A stretch of DNA of 62,569 nt, filler included, from Nemertoderma westbladi (lineage: Eukaryota > Animalia > Xenacoelomorpha), in NCBI GenBank assembly GCA_032718475.1. It is 3 parts of 3 records of this genome, joined end to end, with 100 filler letters (N's around TTAATTAATTAA, not from the genome) between each part and the next. Parts side by side here need not be neighbours in the genome. Positions count along the whole stretch, not along the records: positions 46,381 to 62,569 come from JAUCBJ010004576.1; 2 more parts are not named here. One strand, written 5' to 3'. Positions 53,701 through 62,569 of this stretch are shown here, one piece after another (the stretch's first letter is position 1; each line of letters opens with the position of its first letter). The notes under the pieces were generated by a model, which saw only the letters and a program-made list of their open reading frames with translations, had not been told where the DNA came from and did no database searches. The position numbers and the translations under genes are program-made.

Positions 53701-56700
53701 GATACATCTTGCACCCAGTAGCCACCTCACGCTTTGAGTACGGTACATCTTGCACCCAGTAGCCACCTCATGCATTGAGTACGGTACATCTTGCACCCAG
53801 TAGCCAACTAGCACGCGTTGAGTACGGTACATCTTGCACCCAGTAGCCACCTCACGCATTGAGTACGGTACATCTTGCACCCAGTAGCCAACTAGCACGC
53901 GTTGAGTACGGTACATCTTGCACCCAGTAGCCACCTCACGAGTTGAGTACGGTACATCTTGCACCCAGTAGCCAACTAGCACGCGTTGAGTACGGTACAT
54001 CTTGCACCCAGTAGCCACCTCACGCATTGAGTACGGTACATCTTGCACCCAGTAGCCAACTAGCACGCGTTGAGTACGGTACATCTTGCACCCAGTAGCC
54101 ACCTCACGCATTGAGTACGGTACATCTTGCACCCAGTAGCCAACTAGCACGCGTTGAGTACGGTACATCTTGCACCCAGTAGCCACCTCACGCATTGAGT
54201 ACGGTACATCTTGCACCCAGTAGCCAACTAGCATGCGTTGAGTACGGTACATCTTGCACCCAGTAGCCAACTAGCACGCGTTGAGTACGGTACATCTTGC
54301 ACCCAGTAGCCAACTAGCACGCGTTGAGTACGGTACATCTTGCACGCAGTACCCACCTCATGCATTGAGTACGGTACATCTTGCACCCAGTAGCCAACTA
54401 GCACGCGTTGAGTACGGTACATCTTGCACCCAGTAGCCACCTCACGCATTGAGTACGGTACATCTTGCACCCAGTAGCCAACTAGCACGCGTTGAGTACG
54501 GTACATCTTGCACCCAGTAGCCAACTAGCACGCGTTGAGTACGGTACATCTTGCACCCAGTAGCCACCTCACGCGTTGAGTACGGTACATCTTGCACCCA
54601 GTAGCCACCTCACGCGTTGAGTACGGTACATCTTGCACCCAGTAGCCACCTCACGCGTTGAGTACGGTACATCTTGCACCCAGTAGCCAACTAGCACGCG
54701 TTGAGTACGGTACATCTTGCACGCAGTACCCACCTCACGCATTGAGTACGGTACATCTTGCACGCAGTAGCCAACTAGCACGCGTTGAGTACGGTACATC
54801 TTGCACCCAGTAGCCACCTCACGCGTTGAGTACGGTACATCTTGCACCCAGTAGCCACCTCACGCGTTGAGTACGGTACATCTTGCACCCAGTAGCCACC
54901 TCACGCGTTGAGTACGGTACATCTTGCACCCAGTAGCCAACTAGCACGCGTTGAGTACGGTACATCTTGCACGCAGTACCCACCTCACGCATTGAGTACG
55001 GTACATCTTGCACGCAGTAGCCAACTAGCACGCGTTGAGTACGGTACATCTTGCACCCAGTAGCCACCTCACGCGTTGAGTACGGTACATCTTGCACCCA
55101 GTAGCCACCTCACGCGTTGAGTACGGTACATCTTGCACCCAGTAGCCACCTCACGCGTTGAGTACGGTACATCTTGCACCCAGTAGCCAACTAGCACGCG
55201 TTGAGTACGGTACATCTTGCACGCAGTACCCACCTCACGCATTGAGTACGGTACATCTTGCACGCAGTAGCCAACTAGCACGCGTTGAGTACGGTACATC
55301 TTGCACCCAGTAGCCAACTAGCACGCGTTGAGTACGGTACATCTTGCACCCAGTAGCCACCTCACGCATTGAGTACGGTACATCTTGCACCCAGTAGCCA
55401 ACTAGCACGCGTTGAGTACGGTACATCTTGCACCCAGTAGCCAACTAGCACGCGTTGAGTACGGTACATCTTGCACCCAGTAGCCACCTCACGCATTGAG
55501 TACGGTACATCTTGCACCCAGTAGCCAACTAGCACGCGTTGAGTACGGTACATCTTGCACCCAGTAGCCAACTAGCACGCGTTGAGTACGGTACATCTTG
55601 CACCCAGTAGCCACCTCACGCATTGAGTACGGTACATCTTGCACCCAGTAGCCAACTAGCACGCGTTGAGTACGGTACATCTTGCACCCAGTAGCCAACT
55701 AGCACGCGTTGAGTACGGTACATCTTGCACGCAGTACCCACCTCACGCATTGAGTACGGTACATCTTGCACGCAGTAGCCAACTAGCACGCGTTGAGTAC
55801 GGTACATCTTGCACCCAGTAGCCAACTAGCACGCGTTGAGTACGGTACATCTTGCACCCAGTAGCCACCTCACGCATTGAGTACGGTACATCTTGCACCC
55901 AGTAGCCAACTAGCACGCGTTGAGTACGGTACATCTTGCACCCAGTAGCCAACTAGCACGCGTTGAGTACGGTACATCTTGCACCCAGTAGCCACCTCAC
56001 GCATTGAGTACGGTACATCTTGCACCCAGTAGCCAACTAGCACGCGTTGAGTACGGTACATCTTGCACCCAGTAGCCACCTCACGCATTGAGTACGGTAC
56101 ATCTTGCACCCAGTAGCCAACTAGCATGCGTTGAGTACGGTACATCTTGCACCCAGTAGCCAACTAGCACGCGTTGAGTACGGTACATCTTGCACCCAGT
56201 AGCCAACTAGCACGCGTTGAGTACGGTACATCTTGCACGCAGTACCCACCTCACGCATTGAGTACGGTACATCTTGCACCCAGTAGCCAACTAGCACGCG
56301 TTGAGTACGGTACATCTTGCACCCAGTAGCCACCTCACGCATTGAGTACGGTACATCTTGCACCCAGTAGCCAACTAGCACGCGTTGAGTACGGTACATC
56401 TTGCACCCAGTAGCCAACTAGCACGCGTTGAGTACGGTACATCTTGCACCCAGTAGCCACCTCACGCGTTGAGTACGGTACATCTTGCACCCAGTAGCCA
56501 CCTCACGCGTTGAGTACGGTACATCTTGCACCCAGTAGCCACCTCACGCGTTGAGTACGGTACATCTTGCACCCAGTAGCCAACTAGCACGCGTTGAGTA
56601 CGGTACATCTTGCACGCAGTACCCACCTCACGCATTGAGTACGGTACATCTTGCACGCAGTAGCCAACTAGCACGCGTTGAGTACGGTACATCTTGCACC

Positions 56701-59700
56701 CAGTAGCCAACTAGCACGCGTTGAGTACGGTACATCTTGCACCCAGTAGCCACCTCACGCATTGAGTACGGTACATCTTGCACCCAGTAGCCAACTAGCA
56801 CGCGTTGAGTACGGTACATCTTGCACCCAGTAGCCAACTAGCACGCGTTGAGTACGGTACATCTTGCACCCAGTAGCCACCTCACGCATTGAGTACGGTA
56901 CATCTTGCACCCAGTAGCCAACTAGCACGCGTTGAGTACGGTACATCTTGCACCCAGTAGCCAACTAGCACGCGTTGAGTACGGTACATCTTGCACCCAG
57001 TAGCCACCTCACGCATTGAGTACGGTACATCTTGCACCCAGTAGCCAACTAGCACGCGTTGAGTACGGTACATCTTGCACCCAGTAGCCAACTAGCACGC
57101 GTTGAGTACGGTACATCTTGCACGCAGTACCCACCTCACGCATTGAGTACGGTACATCTTGCACGCAGTAGCCAACTAGCACGCGTTGAGTACGGTACAT
57201 CTTGCACCCAGTAGCCAACTAGCACGCGTTGAGTACGGTACATCTTGCACCCAGTAGCCAACTAGCACGCGTTGAGTACGGTACATCTTGCACCCAGTAG
57301 CCACCTCACGCATTGAGTACGGTACATCTTGCACCCAGTAGCCAACTAGCACGCGTTGAGTACGGTACATCTTGCACCCAGTAGCCAACTAGCACGCGTT
57401 GAGTACGGTACATCTTGCACCCAGTAGCCACCTCACGCATTGAGTACGGTACATCTTGCACCCAGTAGCCAACTAGCACGCGTTGAGTACGGTACATCTT
57501 GCACCCAGTAGCCAACTAGCACGCGTTGAGTACGGTACATCTTGCACCCAGTAGCCACCTCACGCATTGAGTACGGTACATCTTGCACCCAGTAGCCAAC
57601 TAGCACGCGTTGAGTACGGTACATCTTGCACCCAGTAGCCAACTAGCACGCGTTGAGTACGGTACATCTTGCACGCAGTACCCACCTCACGCATTGAGTA
57701 CGGTACATCTTGCACGCAGTAGCCAACTAGCACGCGTTGAGTACGGTACATCTTGCACCCAGTAGCCAACTAGCACGCGTTGAGTACGGTACATCTTGCA
57801 CCCAGTAGCCACCTCACGCATTGAGTACGGTACATCTTGCACCCAGTAGCCAACTAGCACGCGTTGAGTACGGTACATCTTGCACCCAGTAGCCAACTAG
57901 CACGCGTTGAGTACGGTACATCTTGCACCCAGTAGCCACCTCACGCATTGAGTACGGTACATCTTGCACCCAGTAGCCAACTAGTACGCGTTGAGTACGG
58001 TACATCTTGCACCCAGTAGCCAACTAGCACGCGTTGAGTACGGTACATTTTGCACCCAGTAGCCAACTAGCACGCGTTGAGTACGGTACATCTTGCACCC
58101 AGTAGCCACCTCACGCATTGAGTACGGTACATCTTGCACCCAGTAGCCAACTAGCACGCGTTGAGTACGGTACATCTTGCACCCAGTAGCCACCTCACGA
58201 GTTGAGTACGGTACATCTTGCACCCAGTAGCCAACTAGCACGCGTTGAGTACGGTACATCTTGCACCCAGTAGCCACCTCACGCATTGAGTACGGTACAT
58301 CTTGCACCCAGTAGCCAACTAGCACGCGTTGAGTACGGTACATCTTGCACCCAGTAGCCACCTCACGCATTGAGTACGGTACATCTTGCACCCAGTAGCC
58401 ACCTCACGCATTGAGTACGGTACATCTTGCACCCAGTAGCCACCTCACGCATTGAGTACGGTACATCTTGCACCCAGTAGCCAACTAGTACGCGTTGAGT
58501 ACGGTACATCTTGCACGCAGTACCCACCTCACGCATTGAGTACGGTACATCTTGCACCCAGTAGCCAACTAGCACGCGTTGAGTACGGTACATCTTGCAC
58601 CCAGTAGCCACCTCACGCATTGAGTACGGTACATCTTGCACGCAGTAGCCACCTCACGCGTTGAGTACGGTACATCTTGCACGCAGTAGCCAACTAGCAC
58701 GCGTTGAGTACGGTACATCTTGCACCCAGTAGCCACCTCACGCATTGAGTACGGTACATCTTGCACCCAGTAGCCAACTAGTACGCGTTGAGTACGGTAC
58801 ATCTTGCACGCAGTACCCACCTCACGCATTGAGTACGGTACATCTTGCACGCAGTAGCCAACTAGCACGCGTTGAGTACGGTACATCTTGCACCCAGTAG
58901 CCACCTCACGCATTGAGTACGGTACATCTTGCACCCAGTAGCCAACTAGCACGCGTTGAGTACGGTACATCTTGCACCCAGTAGCCACCTCACGCATTGA
59001 GTACGGTACATCTTGCACCCAGTAGCCAACTAGTACGCGTTGAGTACGGTACATCTTGCACCCAGTAGCCACCTCACGCATTGAGTACGGTACATCTTGC
59101 ACCCAGTAGCCAACTAGCACGTGTTGAGTACGGTACATCTTGCACGCAGTAGCCAACTAGCACGCGTTGAGTACGGTACATCTTGCACCCAGTAGCCACC
59201 TCACGCATTGAGTACGGTACATCTTGCACCCAGTAGCCAACTAGTACGCGTTGAGTACGGTACATCTTGCACGCAGTACCCACCTCACGCATTGAGTACG
59301 GTACATCTTGCACGCAGTAGCCAACTAGCACGCGTTGAGTACGGTACATCTTGCACCCAGTAGCCACCTCACGCATTGAGTACGGTACATCTTGCACCCA
59401 GTAGCCAACTAGTACGCGTTGAGTACGGTACATCTTGCACGCAGTACCCACCTCACGCATTGAGTATGGTACATCTTGCACCCAGTAGCCAACTAGCACG
59501 CGTTGAGTACGGTACATCTTGCACCCAGTAGCCACCTCACCCATTGAGTATGGTACATCTTGCACCCAGTAGCCAACTAGCACGCGTTGAGTACGGTACA
59601 TCTTGCACCTAGTAGCCACCTCACGCATTGAGTACGGTACATCTTGCACCCAGTAGCCACCTCACCCATTGAGTATGGTACATCTTGCACCCAGTAGCCA

Positions 59701-62000
59701 ACTAGCACGCGTTGAGTACGGTACATCTTGCACCCAGTAGCCAACTAGCACGCGTTGAGTACGGTACATCTTGCACCTAGTAGCCACCTCACGCATTGAG
59801 TACGGTACATCTTGCACCCAGTAGCCAACTAGCACGCGTTGAGTACGGTACATCTTGCACCCAGTAGCCACCTCACGCATTGAGTACGGTACATCTTGCA
59901 CCCAGTAGCCAACTAGCACGCGTTGAGTACGGTACATCTTGCACCCAGTAGCCACCTCACGCATTGAGTACGGTACATCTTGCACCCAGTAACCAACTAG
60001 CACGCGTTGAGTACGGTACATCTTGCACCCAGTAGCCACCTCACGCATTGAGTACGGTACATCTTGCACCCAGTAGCCAACTAGCACGCGTTGAGTACGG
60101 TACATCTTGCACGCAGTAGCCAACTAGCACGCGTTGAGTACGGTACATCTTGCACCCAGTAGCCAACTAGCACGCGTTGAGTACGGTACATCTTGCTCCT
60201 AGTAGCCACCTCACGCATTGAGTACGGTACATCTTGCACCCAGTAGCCAACTAGCACGCGTTGAGTACGGTACATCTTGCACCCAGTAGCCACCTCACGC
60301 ATTGAGTACGGTACATCTTGCACCCAGTAGCCAACTAGCACGCGTTGAGTACGGTACATCTTGCACCCAGTAGCCACCTCACGCATTGAGTACGGTACAT
60401 CTTGCACCCAGTAACCAACTAGCACGCGTTGAGTACGGTACATCTTGCACCCAGTAGCCACCTCACGCATTGAGTACGGTACATCTTGCACCCAGTAACC
60501 AACTAGCACGCGTTGAGTACGGTACATCTTGCACCCAGTAGCCAACTAGCACGCGTTGAGTACGGTACATCTTGCACCCAGTAGCCAACTAGCACGCGTT
60601 GAGTACGGTACATCTTGCACCCAGTAGCCAACTAGCACGCGTTGAGTACGGTACATCTTGCACCCAGTAGCCACCTCACGCATTGAGTACGGTACATCTT
60701 GCACCCAGTAGCCAACTAGCACGCGTTGAGTACGGTACATCTTGCACCCAGTAGCCAACTAGCACGCGTTGAGTACGGTACATCTTGCACCCAGTAGCCA
60801 CCTCACGCATTGAGTACGGTACATCTTGCACCCAGTAACCAACTAGCACGCGTTGAGTACGGTACATCTTGCACCCAGTAGCCAACTAGCACGCGTTGAG
60901 TACGGTACATCTTGCACCCAGTAGCCAACTAGCACGCGTTGAGTACGGTACATCTTGCACGCAGTACCCACCTCACGCATTGAGTACGGTACATCTTGAA
61001 CCCAGTAGCCAACTAGAATGCGTTGAGTACGGTACATCTTGCACCTAGTAGCCAACTAGCACGCGTTGAGTACGGTACATCTTGCACCTAGTAGCCAACT
61101 AGCACGCGTTGAGTACGGTACATCTTGCACCCAGTAGCCAACTAGCACGCGTTGAGTACGGTACATCTTGCACCTAGTAGCCAACTAGCACGCGTTGAGT
61201 ACGGTACATCTTGCACCCAGTAGCCAACTAGCACGCGTTGAGTACGGTACATCTTGCACCTAGTAGCCAACTAGCACGCGTTGAGTACGGTACATCTTGC
61301 ACGCAGTAGCCAACTAGCACGCGTTGAGTACGGTACATCTTGCACCCAGTAGCCAACTAGCACGCGTTGAGTACGGTACATCTTGCACCCAGTAGCCAAC
61401 TAGCACGCGTTGAGTACGGTACATCTTGCACGCAGTAGCCAACTAGCACGCGTTGAGTACGGTACATCTTGCACCCAGTAGCCAACTAGCACGCGTTGAG
61501 TACGGTACATCTTGCACCCAGTAGCCACCTCACGCGTTGAGTACGGTACATTTTGCACCCAGTAGCCACCTCATGCATTGAGTACGGTACATCTTGCACC
61601 CAGTAGCCAACTAGCACGCGTTGAGTACGGTACATCTTGCACCCAGTAGCCAACTAGCACGCGTTGAGTACGGTACATCTTGCACCCAGTAGCCAACTAG
61701 CACGCGTTGAGTACGGTACATCTTGCACCCAGTAGCCACCTCACGCATTGAGTACGGTACATCTTGCACCCAGTAGCCAACTAGCACGCGTTGAGTACGG
61801 TACATCTTGCACCCAGTAGCCAACTAGCACGCGTTGAGTACGGTACATCTTGCACCCAGTAGCCAACTAGCACGCGTTGAGTACGGTACATCTTGCACCC
61901 AGTAGCCACCTCACGCATTGAGTACGGTACTTCTTGCACGCAGTAGCCACCACACGCGTTGAGTACGGTAGGCCTACATCTTGCACCCAGTAGCCAACTA
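47724..62000. repeat. Satellite array of 43-bp (A) and 41-bp (B) monomers
   Basis: Shared 32-bp core ttgagtacggtacatcttgcacccagtagcca plus actagcacgcg (A) or cctcacgc(a/g) (B); AB = 84 bp, AAB = 127 bp. Confidence 0.98.
49305..50995 (-). mobile_element. 5'-truncated RTE LINE inserted in the satellite
   Basis: QNGFRKGR, FVDFFKAFDSV, GVLQGDTLAPFLF, DFADD; frameshifts; (TAG)n tail; TSD attgagtac at 49296-49304 and 50996-51004. Confidence 0.93.
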
Positions 62001-62089
62001 ATTCTCAAGTTTCATGCACATGATTTATCTTGTAAAGGAATGCGATCGCATTAATTATTATTATTAATATGCTTTTCATTTGCTTTCAG

Positions 62090-62232
62090 ACTGGTTTATT
62101 GATGTTTCACCATTCATGGTATGTTGGTACAACACTGGCGTTGCAAGAATCTGTTCCGAATTTAGGTCCATTGGGAATGGACAATGCCGTCAGTTCCTTT
62201 ATAATTGTTAGTGGCCAATGGGAATTCTTCAG
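62090..62232 (+). CDS. Internal exon encoding a beta/gamma-crystallin Greek-key motif
   Basis: ttttcatttgctttcag|TGLLMFHHSWYVGTTLALQESVPNLGPLGMDNAVSSFIIVSGQWEFF|gtaaat; F..xYxG and DNxxSS...GxW pattern. Confidence 0.75.
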
Positions 62233-62569
62233 GTAAATATATAAATGTATAGGCCTATCAATAATTATGTACATATATTATAATTATATTATGTATCAAA
62301 AGGGAGATATTATGATTATAATACCCCAATTTGCACTAATACGAATTATATTAGGAATGCGAATATATATGCTCAGGGATTCCACATGGACTATTGTAAG
62401 TGAATCACTCACGTGGGTTCTGGCTCTTATATTTATTATTATTAACATAGTGACGTCGGTCCAGCCGACATTATATTATCTTCAAAGTAAAATTGTGTAG
62501 TACATCATGCACAAGTGACGGGTAAAACGGGTAAAACGAGTAAAACGAACGCGCAAATAATTACATGTG

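Noticed and set aside
47724-62000. CRISPR-like array (constant 32-bp core plus variable part)
   Set aside because: The variable part is only 9-11 bp with two recurring types rather than unique spacers; no cas genes; eukaryotic context.
47896-62008. Dozens of MATGCKMYRTQ/MQDVPYS ORFs as a repeat protein
   Set aside because: By-products of 43/41-bp monomers; frames break whenever the A/B order changes.

Overview
AT-rich animal (probably invertebrate) genomic DNA dominated by nested transposons, with two assembly gaps. Host genes read from the sequence: two disrupted tandem Ly6/uPAR (three-finger, GPI-type) paralogues on the minus strand, an intronless atypical Rho-family GTPase, a spliced C8orf48/DUF4606-like gene, the three transmembrane-region exons of an anion-selective Cys-loop channel, and one beta/gamma-crystallin exon. 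Mobile DNA includes an Academ-like (XPG/PIN + Cys8) transposase remnant inside a TIR-bounded block that splits a Ly6 exon, several RTE copies, CRE, CR1/L2 and Penelope fragments, and piggyBac-, Sola-, Kolobok/Harbinger- and Crypton-like non-autonomous elements. The last quarter is a ~14 kb 43/41-bp satellite with higher-order structure that appears to have grown out of a CR1 reverse-transcriptase fragment. All family assignments are by motif recognition only; no searches were run.
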